The notes beneath the pieces were generated by a model. It was not told the origin of the DNA and made no database searches. It was given only the letters and a program-made list of their open reading frames with translations. A stretch of 32,000 nt of DNA from Saccharolobus solfataricus (lineage in GTDB: Archaea > Thermoproteota > Thermoprotei_A > Sulfolobales > Sulfolobaceae): contig NZ_LT549890.1 of NCBI RefSeq assembly GCF_900079115.1, positions 600,001 through 632,000 of the forward strand, in the 5' to 3' direction. Below, one piece after another: positions 1 to 7,460 of the stretch. Positions within the stretch are counted from its first letter, which is position 1; each line of letters begins with the position of its first letter. A program made the translations under genes and the position numbers.

Positions 1-2375
1 ATCCCGAAAATGAAGATGTAGAAGATATACCAGGGTATCAGACCTAGGTATGCACTCATTATTAATCCCATTACTACAGCACCGCTAACGCCTGCCTTTC
101 CGCCAAACTTCCATCCCAACAACGCCACAACTACCGTTACTGCAATCCCTATGATAGTCGACCAGGGCTGATATGCTGAGAAATTGTAGATACTGCTGTT
201 AGGCTGAATGTTGTTACTGAAGGGCTGAGTGTAGTTATAGTTGATTGTCGATATGTTAACGGTTGTTGTGGTAGATGTAGTAGGCTGGGTTACAGTGATA
301 TTTAGCAAAACGTTTTTGTTTACGCCCGCCCAGTAGATGTTGATTAATTCGTAAGGTGTGTCAGTCAGCGTAATCGTGACCTGACCGAATCCACTGGAGT
401 TAGTATAGCCTGTTGTGTACTGTGTTAATGTTGATGGGTTAGTGCCAACTGATATTACATATGCCTGATTTGCTGTGGCACTCTGCAGTATAATACCGCT
501 AACAAAGACCCAATTCAGTGCCAGTTTCCCCGCTCCATAGTAGAAACCTAAGCCTATCACTTTAGATGAATTCGCTATGTTAAGTGTACCACCGTTAATC
601 GTTAGTTGTAACGCGTTGTTAACAACGTTAATTTGTACTGTGTTGATACTGTTGTTATACCATGTTAGCCCTGTGAAATTGAATGGAATGAGATAATTCT
701 GATTTTGCGTAATTAATAGTATCCCATCACCCGCCGATAGCCAATAGCTCTTGAATTGTATCACTGATGAAGATGATATTATAGATGCATAAGCCCATGC
801 AAATGTTGAAGTTGTTTGTGTGAACGCCGTCATTGAAACGTTTGAAACTGGAGTGTTATAGCTGAACTGAAAAGTAATCGTTACTTTTGTGCCGGCTACA
901 ACACTATGGGGATACTGTGAGACAAAAATTACGGGCAAAGGCGATACGGGGTATATGGTTATCGTGCCTGTGGCACTACCTAGAGAAAATTGCCCCAACT
1001 GAATGTTAATAGTGTAATAGTAAGTAGTAGGGTTGACTGCATTTGCTGTTATTGTATAAGGTAGTGGCACAAAGCCGTTAGTTAGACCCTGAATATTTAT
1101 AAGTGTCTGAGGTTGCACAGCTAACGAATATCCCGCATTACTAGGATATTCTATTGTTGTCGAATTAGTCACGCTGATAGTCTGACCTGTGAGATAAGAT
1201 GGTTGCGATAAATTGACTTGCACAAGAACCGCAAATCCCGCGACAAAAACGGGGATTGTAACGTTCTCAAGAACCGTTTGTTGTTGTGTTACAAACTGAA
1301 ACTCTATCGTGACATTCAGATACCATGTATTTACGTTAACCGCCGGGTATACATTTAATAATAGGTATATTCCTTTAGGGGCTGAAACATAAGACACACT
1401 TCCGCTTAAAGGGTATAATGTTCCTGTCACGGAAAAGTTTTGTATTTTCATTATGCCCACAACACTCCATGATGTGGCATTAGTAGAAATGTTAAGTGGG
1501 TTATTGGCACCTGTAAAGCCCGCTAACATCTGTAGTCCATTCCCAACAACAGATGTGTAACTTAGTGTTGCTGTATAAGTTTTAGACTGAAAAATCGAAT
1601 ATGTTATCACCACCCACTGACCATAACCATAACCCGGACCTACATTCTGTGCATCGATAACGTAATTACTATTTACGGTATTCAGTGAGAGAGGGTAAAA
1701 TTGATTATTGATAACTTGACCCGGTATTATTGAAAAAGTCTTCAAAGTACCGTTATAGTAATAAACGTAAAGTTGGTTTGAAGAGGGTAAGTACCAGAAC
1801 CCTAAACCTATATATTGCCCAACACTAATTGAACCCACAGACACATTTAGCTGTTTCACACCGTCAAAGTATACGAATAATCTATATGTTGGGAAACTAC
1901 CTTTTTCCATATAAACCACAATCCCATCAGAGGCGTAAGGTGATGCGGGGGCATAGCTACCCGTAAACCCCGAAGGGAAATTTACACCGTAGCCTATGGC
2001 GATTGAACCGTATGATCCCGAATTACTTGAGGACGCCAATAACCATGTGACGTTTAGTGCGATTTGTGATGATGAAAGAGAAAGAGATGCGTTATTATTA
2101 ATGTACTCTTGATTCGGCAAAACTTGAAGGTAGTATTTGTTATAAACGCTTATATAAGTTGGGTTAAGCCAAGGTGCGGTGGAAAGTGTTGAACCATTAT
2201 ATTTAGAAGAAAAAGTAGAGGAACCAACTTGAATTGTCTTAGAGTATGTGAAGAAAGGTCCGGCAAAACCGCCTCCACCATCAAAATAAGGATGAGGACC
2301 AGTTATAACAGCGTTTGTGGAAATAGGTAAGATTAGTAGTGTTAGAAGAAGTAAGGATAATAGACTCCACTTCAT
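1..2375 (-). CDS. vp4: Fusellovirus VP4-like (SSV1 C792-like) large secreted Asn/Tyr/Thr-rich structural or host-attachment protein. The C-terminal end runs off the window
   Basis: ATG at 2375-2373 encodes MKWSLLSLLLLTLLILPISTNA, a signal peptide. No other ORF is listed anywhere in 1-2411, which fits one long frame open to position 1 (about 791 codons). The last visible residues (GLIPWYIFYIFIFG) are hydrophobic, like a C-terminal anchor. It sits after the C124-like gene, as in SSV1. Confidence 0.65.
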   Translation of the reverse strand, partial: MKWSLLSLLLLTLLILPISTNAVITGPHPYFDGGGGFAGPFFTYSKTIQVGSSTFSSKYNGSTLSTAPWLNPTYISVYNKYYLQVLPNQEYINNNASLSLSSSQIALNVTWLLASSSNSGSYGSIAIGYGVNFPSGFTGSYAPASPYASDGIVVYMEKGSFPTYRLFVYFDGVKQLNVSVGSISVGQYIGLGFWYLPSSNQLYVYYYNGTLKTFSIIPGQVINNQFYPLSLNTVNSNYVIDAQNVGPGYGYGQWVVITYSIFQSKTYTATLSYTSVVGNGLQMLAGFTGANNPLNISTNATSWSVVGIMKIQNFSVTGTLYPLSGSVSYVSAPKGIYLLLNVYPAVNVNTWYLNVTIEFQFVTQQQTVLENVTIPVFVAGFAVLVQVNLSQPSYLTGQTISVTNSTTIEYPSNAGYSLAVQPQTLINIQGLTNGFVPLPYTITANAVNPTTYYYTINIQLGQFSLGSATGTITIYPVSPLPVIFVSQYPHSVVAGTKVTITFQFSYNTPVSNVSMTAFTQTTSTFAWAYASIISSSSVIQFKSYWLSAGDGILLITQNQNYLIPFNFTGLTWYNNSINTVQINVVNNALQLTINGGTLNIANSSKVIGLGFYYGAGKLALNWVFVSGIILQSATANQAYVISVGTNPSTLTQYTTGYTNSSGFGQVTITLTDTPYELINIYWAGVNKNVLLNITVTQPTTSTTTTVNISTINYNYTQPFSNNIQPNSSIYNFSAYQPWSTIIGIAVTVVVALLGWKFGGKAGVSGAVVMGLIMSAYLGLIPWYIFYIFIFG

Positions 2376-2411
2376 TAAGCGATAAAAAATTATGTGACTT
2401 TATAAAGGGCC

Positions 2412-2777
2412 TTAGTCTATTAAACGTAGTAATATTGCTAAAGATACCAAAACGGCTACTAAGACAATTTCCGGGGCATATGCGAAAACATATTCATATC
2501 CAGAATTAACTTTCATATTGACATATAGATATATCTCAACTATTGAAAATAATATTACGGAAATCGCATTAAGAACTACTAATATGTGTCTAAAATATGG
2601 AAAATCCCTTATACCATTTTTTATTAGTAATAAAAAGCCTATATAGGCTAAGGGTATGTAGGGAATTGTGATCATAAATAAAAGGTATGAAATTGAATAT
2701 ATTATCGCAAAAAGTAAACCCAAACATACGGAGTAAGGAATTAAGAATAATAGGTCGGCTTTTAATCTTCTATCCAT
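2412..2777 (-). CDS. Small polytopic membrane protein (SSV1 C124-like by position)
   Basis: 121 aa and almost entirely hydrophobic helices. Synteny between the A291-like and VP4-like genes. Confidence 0.6.
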   Translation of the reverse strand: MDRRLKADLLFLIPYSVCLGLLFAIIYSISYLLFMITIPYIPLAYIGFLLLIKNGIRDFPYFRHILVVLNAISVILFSIVEIYLYVNMKVNSGYEYVFAYAPEIVLVAVLVSLAILLRLID

Positions 2778-2809
2778 AAAAAAAGAATTAGCTTAAAATA
2801 TAAAAATTT

Positions 2810-3727
2810 TCATAGACCATAAGTGGTTTGGCTACCATAAGTGAATTGATATTCATAACTCCATTGTGGCCATCCACTATATAATTGAACATTAACATAA
2901 TTGCTACCATAACTTTGTAGTTGTAAAAGGTCTGCGTAGTAACTTACACCAGATGGTGGTATATTTGCCGGGCCTACATTGTAGCCATATTGATTTGGAT
3001 AATAATATGAAAATTGAAAATACTCTATAATACCACCGGAAGCAAGAGGTAATGTTACTACGGGTGTGGAGTTATCTAAACCAGAACTTGTAGTAATCAT
3101 TTGAAAACCAGAATACATTGGTGAGTTAAATGGGTTTGGTAGCTTATATTGAAAGCCTTTATAAAACGAAAAGTTCGTTGTAAAGTATATATTTATCTGT
3201 GCGATAAAATATTGATTATAATTAAACGGTGTATTTGGGGCAGATAAGGATAAAGTGAAATAGTAATTTTGTATTTTTCCTAGATATATGAAAGATTGAT
3301 TGAAATCTTGTGAAATGAATTGACCATTTTTATATGCGGAAGTTAGAGTAGAAAACCCAATAACTCCATTGTTATAAAGAATTATATTAAAACCGGCTAA
3401 TATTATATTTCCCGTCCAAAGATTACTTTGTACGCTAAAAGGACTAAGAGCCAATCGAAAACCTATAACATCCTCATTTAGACTGTTAGGAATATATAGA
3501 AAACTTGCATTTTTTAAATAAACAGTCTCAGATAAACTATACATTTTGTTGAAAGTATTGGTTGAAGAATTATATACGCTATAACCTACCCCCGCCCAAT
3601 TGGCGTTAATTAACGTATAATAAATTTGTTGTGCACCTAGTTGGCTTGCAGATATAGCACCGGTAGGCGTTGCCAACATTAGTAACGCTAGGGATAGGGT
3701 TAGAAGGGCTAGTAGGTACTTCCTCAT
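2810..3727 (-). CDS. Secreted Asn/Tyr/Ser-rich protein (SSV1 A291-like by position), with many N-x-S/T sequons
   Basis: 305 aa. N-terminal signal peptide MRKYLLALLTLSLALLMLATPTGA. Composition resembles the VP4-like protein. Its own TATA (TTTATAAA, 3752-3759) sits 25 nt upstream. Confidence 0.6.
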   Translation of the reverse strand: MRKYLLALLTLSLALLMLATPTGAISASQLGAQQIYYTLINANWAGVGYSVYNSSTNTFNKMYSLSETVYLKNASFLYIPNSLNEDVIGFRLALSPFSVQSNLWTGNIILAGFNIILYNNGVIGFSTLTSAYKNGQFISQDFNQSFIYLGKIQNYYFTLSLSAPNTPFNYNQYFIAQINIYFTTNFSFYKGFQYKLPNPFNSPMYSGFQMITTSSGLDNSTPVVTLPLASGGIIEYFQFSYYYPNQYGYNVGPANIPPSGVSYYADLLQLQSYGSNYVNVQLYSGWPQWSYEYQFTYGSQTTYGL

Positions 3728-3763
3728 TGTAGGGCTAAAAAGGAGTTAAGTTTTATAAAGGGT

Positions 3764-4138
3764 CTAACTAACGCAAATATTATGTTTTTTGCAAACATGG
3801 TCTAGAGTCGAATCAGTGTTTCTAAACTCTTTCCCGCACACCGGGCAGACCTTTGAGTGTTCCGTATAACGGATGTGTTGTTTCAGACTAACGGAAGAAC
3901 TAAAGGGCATTAAGCAGAGGGGGCAAACGTAGGGTGAGACTGCTTTACTTGCCAGTAACTTATAGAGATAACCGCTTTCGTCTAACAATTGGGGATTATG
4001 GATTAACGCCTTGACAACAGCTCTAATTATTCTTTTCTGTTCCGGCGTCAGAGAATGATAGCGTTTCAGTTCTTCTAAAGTCACGTGAATCATAATCCCC
4101 TTATGATTACTCAGGTACTTTTTACTGCCTGACTCCAT
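3764..4138 (-). CDS. C2H2 zinc-finger protein (SSV1 B129-like)
   Basis: Two C2H2 units: CPLCLMPFSSSVSLKQHIRYTEH and CPVCGKEFRNTDSTLDHVCKKH. The track ORF extends to 4231 but overlaps the upstream gene by 110 nt. The internal ATG at 4138 (MESGSKKY...) is the more plausible start. Confidence 0.7.
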   Translation of the reverse strand: MESGSKKYLSNHKGIMIHVTLEELKRYHSLTPEQKRIIRAVVKALIHNPQLLDESGYLYKLLASKAVSPYVCPLCLMPFSSSVSLKQHIRYTEHSKVCPVCGKEFRNTDSTLDHVCKKHNICVS

Positions 4139-4739
4139 TCCTATCCCCCCTCCAACAGAAGTTATAAAACGGGCACTCAGCACACTCAGAATCTTGCTTA
4201 GACTTTCGCGGTGGTAAGATGTTTTCCTCAACTGAAATCCCGAAAGCGTTAGCCCTTGCCTCCAAGTCAGTCTCTGCCCAATCTCTCTTTATTTCTTCCA
4301 CCCTACCATCCGCATGAACGATTATTAAATACCCCGCCAAAGCATTAGCCATTTCAATATAATAATTCAATTGACGTAAGTAGTTGTTAAGTCTAGGTCT
4401 GTCTAACTCATCTAAATGTGTATACTTCAACTCGTAAACTGTTCCCTCTTCTTTGTCATAGACATCAATCTTCCCAACCACAATGAATCCTAAGGCGGTC
4501 TTCTTTTGTACTTTTACTTCAGTCTCAAACCCGTTTTTCTGTAGGATCCGCTGTAACCTCATATGAAGTCCAGTACCGATATGCATCTTCATTATCTCGT
4601 AATGACTCAGTTTCACCTTACCGTTCTTCCGCATCAGCCAACTTCTTCTCAAACATCTGGTTAACTCAGTAACCCATATCGTTTGTGTATCATTTGAAAC
4701 TATTTCATAATTATATATTATAGTGAGTAGTCTACTCAT
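4122..4739 (-). CDS. Virus-encoded Cas4-like / RecB-family PD-(D/E)xK nuclease with a 4-Cys Fe-S cluster signature
   Basis: N-terminal Cys (LTRCLRRSW), GKIDV (motif II Asp), YELKY (E-x-K), LRQLNYY (Q-h-x-x-Y), and C-terminal CAECPFYNFC (C-x2-C-x5-C). This is the full Cas4 motif set. Confidence 0.8.
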   Translation of the reverse strand: MSRLLTIIYNYEIVSNDTQTIWVTELTRCLRRSWLMRKNGKVKLSHYEIMKMHIGTGLHMRLQRILQKNGFETEVKVQKKTALGFIVVGKIDVYDKEEGTVYELKYTHLDELDRPRLNNYLRQLNYYIEMANALAGYLIIVHADGRVEEIKRDWAETDLEARANAFGISVEENILPPRKSKQDSECAECPFYNFCWRGDRNGVRQ

Positions 4740-5038
4740 TTCTTCCTCCCCTTATGCCTCCTGATTGCGAATATATTATTTAACGTTACAAGACACTCAA
4801 CAACATCTGCTATCAGTAGAAATATTTCAGTCTGATGCGGTGTAGGTAGCATTAAACCTAAAAGCAGTGCTACAGTAGCTAAATCGAATTTGTAGATTGC
4901 TAGTGTCCATTTATTCTTCATAAATAATTTTGCTACAATATTCGCCTCATGTGCACCCACATTAACACCTAATACTGTAGACCAATAATCGTTGAACTGA
5001 AAACCGTAATATAACAATATATCATATATCAGAATCAT
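4736..5038 (-). CDS. Small membrane protein (SSV1 C102b-like by position)
   Basis: 100 aa with about 3 hydrophobic helices and a basic tail. ATGA start/stop overlaps with both neighbours. Confidence 0.55.
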   Translation of the reverse strand: MILIYDILLYYGFQFNDYWSTVLGVNVGAHEANIVAKLFMKNKWTLAIYKFDLATVALLLGLMLPTPHQTEIFLLIADVVECLVTLNNIFAIRRHKGRKK

Positions 5039-5178
5039 GGTCTTCTCACCTTGAAGTAAATATAGAAATATTCAAGAGTGACCTTATTCATCTGACCATG
5101 AACACTAAGCAGATGTTCGATAACTTCACTTCTTTTGTCGAATATAGACCCACATCTCAAACACTGATACATAAGCAT
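5035..5178 (-). CDS. 47-aa single C2H2 zinc-finger protein (SSV1 A45 position). Not in the ORF track because it is under 60 aa
   Basis: Hand translation gives MLMYQCLRCGSIFDKRSEVIEHLLSVHGQMNKVTLEYFYIYFKVRRP, with a CxxC...HxxxxH pattern. Its ATG overlaps the upstream stop (TGATG) and its TGA overlaps the downstream ATG (ATGA). Confidence 0.55.
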   Translation of the reverse strand: MLMYQCLRCGSIFDKRSEVIEHLLSVHGQMNKVTLEYFYIYFKVRRP

Positions 5179-5426
5179 CACTCCACCTGCAATTTCCTTT
5201 TTATCGCAAGTCTAACGTGAAAGGGCAATTTGTATGAACCGAATAGATAACAATAAATGAGATGCTCCATATCAGACTGAAAGTAGAAATGTTGGTTAAG
5301 ATGTCTGTATTCTGTGTTGCAAACTGGGCATTTGGTTAAAATGTGGTTTTTTCTGGCGTGCTGTTTCACTGCAAACAAGGTAACAGAAGTAAACCCGCAT
5401 ATAGGGCACTTGAACATATAAATCAC
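5178..5426 (-). CDS. C2H2 zinc-finger protein (SSV1 A79-like)
   Basis: CPICGFTSVTLFAVKQHARKNH and CPVCNTEYRHLNQHF. Synteny after the C80-like RHH gene. Confidence 0.7.
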   Translation of the reverse strand: MIYMFKCPICGFTSVTLFAVKQHARKNHILTKCPVCNTEYRHLNQHFYFQSDMEHLIYCYLFGSYKLPFHVRLAIKRKLQVE

Positions 5427-5671
5427 CAGTTGCTAAGATACTTCTCTAACGCCTCTCTGATGATTTCGCTTTTGGTTTTCTTTAATTTTGACGCCACCTG
5501 TTCTAATTTGGCATTCATCTCTGGTGGTAATTTGAAAGAGACAACATCCATGGTCTGTGTCAGAGTTAGCTCTATTATTCCATCCTTTTTCGTTACTTCA
5601 ATTTTTCGATAACTCTTAGAATATGATGACTTGGGCAATTTGATGTACTCAACTCTTGCCTTCATTACCAA
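5423..5671 (-). CDS. Ribbon-helix-helix (CopG/Arc-like) DNA-binding protein (SSV1 C80-like)
   Basis: The C-terminal segment VVSFKLPPEMNAKLEQVASKLKKTKSEIIREALEKYL fits the strand-helix-helix pattern. Confidence 0.65.
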   Translation of the reverse strand: MVMKARVEYIKLPKSSYSKSYRKIEVTKKDGIIELTLTQTMDVVSFKLPPEMNAKLEQVASKLKKTKSEIIREALEKYLSNW

Positions 5672-5915
5672 TCACCTTGATTTTATGAATCCTGAAGATT
5701 TTGTTATCATGACTCTCATATATGAGGACTATTTTCACGCCTGAATCATAGAATAGTACTTCAGTCCATAGATCGCCTCTATTAACCAGCACGTTATGGT
5801 GTGGCTTTCCGAAAATCTCTAACATTTGCGATTTAGATAAGACAAGAGGTTCTTCAAATTCTATTTCTTCCTCTTTACTGTTAAAGATAATTTGTTTCAG
5901 TAGTTGCGTGTTCAT
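5649..5915 (-). CDS. Hypothetical early/T6-side fusellovirus protein
   Basis: 88-aa ORF in the co-directional, tightly packed gene string. I recognise no motif. Confidence 0.45.
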   Translation of the reverse strand: MNTQLLKQIIFNSKEEEIEFEEPLVLSKSQMLEIFGKPHHNVLVNRGDLWTEVLFYDSGVKIVLIYESHDNKIFRIHKIKVIGNEGKS

Positions 5916-5921
5916 TGCTTC

Positions 5922-6212
5922 TCACCCAAACAAGTACATTAGTTTGGCAATCTCAAGAAGTACTTCTTTCCTTATTGCCTCCTGTGTTTGTGATTCTGAA
6001 TCCTCATATACCTCATAGAGTCTCTTTATCTTTAATAGGACTTCTTTTAGTGCTGGTTTTTCTGTAAAAAAGAATTTTTTCTCTATTCTGTCATTGTCGT
6101 TTATTTCAATCTTGAGATTTAAATACTTTCCATACGTTTTCCTTCCTTCCGTTAATAAAAAATAAATTGAACTTTGGGACACAAGAACTTCTTTTTCCTC
6201 CTGAGGTTCCAT
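5922..6212 (-). CDS. Hypothetical protein, first gene of the minus-strand (T6-like) transcription unit
   Basis: 96-aa acidic, helical ORF directly downstream of the divergent promoter region. Confidence 0.5.
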   Translation of the reverse strand: MEPQEEKEVLVSQSSIYFLLTEGRKTYGKYLNLKIEINDNDRIEKKFFFTEKPALKEVLLKIKRLYEVYEDSESQTQEAIRKEVLLEIAKLMYLFG

Positions 6213-6319
6213 TTTCAGACCCTCTATCTGTCAATCTATCAATCTAGGTATATAAATTTTTCTGTCTTTCAATCCAACTATAAAGACGTAGATATATAAG
6301 AGAATTCTCTTAATAATCT
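6213..6319. promoter_or_regulatory. Divergent promoter/operator region separating the two provirus transcription units
   Basis: TATA-like GGTATATAAAT (6248-6258) serves the minus unit. GATATATAAG (6291-6300) lies about 25 nt before the GTG at 6320, giving a leaderless plus unit. The region is packed with ATCTGTC/TCAATCT words (6226-6245, 6260-6275, 6313-6319). Confidence 0.6.
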
Positions 6320-6559
6320 GTGGGGACAGAGGTGGTCGAAAGTAAAAAAATCGCAAAAAAGAAGACTACATTAGCATTCGATGAAGATGTCTATCAAGTA
6401 CTGAAGTTAGTATCTGTCTATCTGAACAGGGATATGACTGAGATTATAGAAGAAGCAGTAGTCGCGTGGTTAGTCCAAAATAAGGAAAAACTACCTAAGG
6501 AACTCCAACCAAAAATTGAGGAAATTAACAAACGATTTTTTCCCAACAACAGTAGATGA
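6320..6559 (+). CDS. Ribbon-helix-helix transcription regulator
   Basis: KKTTLAFDEDVYQVLKLVSVYLNRDMTEIIEEAVVAWL fits the RHH pattern. GTG start about 25 nt after a TATA box. Confidence 0.6.
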   Translation: MGTEVVESKKIAKKKTTLAFDEDVYQVLKLVSVYLNRDMTEIIEEAVVAWLVQNKEKLPKELQPKIEEINKRFFPNNSR

Positions 6560-6734
6560 TAGAGTGAAAGAATTGTTAACTACTATATTGGCGTTAGGTG
6601 GCAGTGCGGTAACAATACCCTATGCAGAGTTTCTAAAAATATTAGGTATATTAGATTCCAAAGAGGCCAGAGAGGCGTATGAAACGTTCAAAGTATTATT
6701 AGAGAGGATTGACAGATTGAGAAAGAGAGATTGA
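6516..6734 (+). CDS. Hypothetical small helical protein. Start uncertain: the track uses TTG at 6516, and GTG at 6564 just after the upstream stop is an alternative
   Basis: ORF in the co-directional string. Its 3' end carries the first ATTGACAGATTGA word. Confidence 0.35.
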   Translation: MRKLTNDFFPTTVDDRVKELLTTILALGGSAVTIPYAEFLKILGILDSKEAREAYETFKVLLERIDRLRKRD

Positions 6735-6772
6735 AAGATAGAAAGGTTTATAAGGGAAAATTGACAGATTGA
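6708..6772 (+). promoter_or_regulatory. Internal promoter bracketed by two identical 13-mers, ATTGACAGATTGA (6708-6720 and 6760-6772)
   Basis: TTTATAAG (6747-6754) lies about 25 nt before the start of the 61-aa RHH gene. The exact 13-mer repeat is 52 bp apart, followed by 8-bp-phased ATTGAnnn units (ATTGACAG ATTGATAA ATTGATGA). Confidence 0.55.
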
Positions 6773-6776
6773 TAAA

Positions 6777-6962
6777 TTGATGAGCATGGAAAAATACGTA
6801 AAAACAACTCTCAAGATAAGGGAAGATATTTTTTTGAAGGGAAAACTCCTTGCCTCAGCAAGGGGTGTATCTTTCTCAGAAATTCTGAACGAAAGTCTTG
6901 AGGCATATTTGAAGGCACATGAGAACGAAATTAGGCAAAAAATTTCAGAGGTGATGAAATGA
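6777..6962 (+). CDS. Ribbon-helix-helix regulator, a candidate autoregulated lysogeny/early regulator (SSV1 F55/E51-like class)
   Basis: [37 protein letters not shown] is a clear RHH pattern. The likely real start is ATG 6780 or 6786. The promoter is flanked by repeated operator-like words. Confidence 0.65.
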   Translation: MMSMEKYVKTTLKIREDIFLKGKLLASARGVSFSEILNESLEAYLKAHENEIRQKISEVMK

Positions 6963-7132
6963 ACATAAATGAATTATACCTGGAGTTAGATGAGGACACA
7001 AGAGAACTGCTTAGTATTATACATAATATAAAAATAGATATTATCACTCAGAGTTACAATAAAGAGAAAGTAGAAAGAGCACTGTTCTTAAGCCAAAAGA
7101 TACAAGCTGAGCTCTATCAGTTGCTAAGATGA
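6959..7132 (+). CDS. 57-aa hypothetical helical protein (not in the ORF track)
   Basis: Hand translation gives [61 protein letters not shown] overlap with the upstream stop. Its stop abuts the next start. Confidence 0.45.
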   Translation: MNINELYLELDEDTRELLSIIHNIKIDIITQSYNKEKVERALFLSQKIQAELYQLLR

Positions 7133-7453
7133 GTGTCCATGTCAGTTGTTAGAAAATATAACAGCTTTCTTGATTGGTTAGCCGAAACTAAGGATGGACT
7201 TTCCTTCTTACTGAGGTATGATAAGGAATTAGAGGTACTCCTTATCATTTCAAGATTTAATGAAGGGATAACTAAGCACAGGTTAGAACAAGAGGCAAAC
7301 GTAAATGGAATAAGGCTGAACGAAATCTTATCCAGGCTGAGAAGTAATGGACTGATTTATAGCCTAACTGATGGGAAAAAACAGTTAATTTTCCTAACTG
7401 AAAAAGGTAAGGAAGTAGTTGAGTTAATTGCAAAACTTTCAAGAATAAGGTGA
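7133..7453 (+). CDS. Winged helix-turn-helix DNA-binding protein (SSV1 F93-like class)
   Basis: ITKHRLEQEANVNGIRLNEILSRLRSNGLIYSLTDGKKQLIFLTEKGKEVV fits a MarR/ArsR-like wHTH pattern. Start is GTG 7133 or ATG 7139. Confidence 0.65.
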   Translation: MSMSVVRKYNSFLDWLAETKDGLSFLLRYDKELEVLLIISRFNEGITKHRLEQEANVNGIRLNEILSRLRSNGLIYSLTDGKKQLIFLTEKGKEVVELIAKLSRIR

Positions 7454-7460
7454 TAAGTGA

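Noticed and set aside
5423-5915. The overlapping 88-aa and 82-aa (RHH) gene pair as a toxin-antitoxin module.
   Set aside because: The 88-aa protein shows no recognisable toxin motif (no PIN, RelE, HEPN or similar signature). The order and sizes match ordinary SSV1-like A132/C80-position genes.
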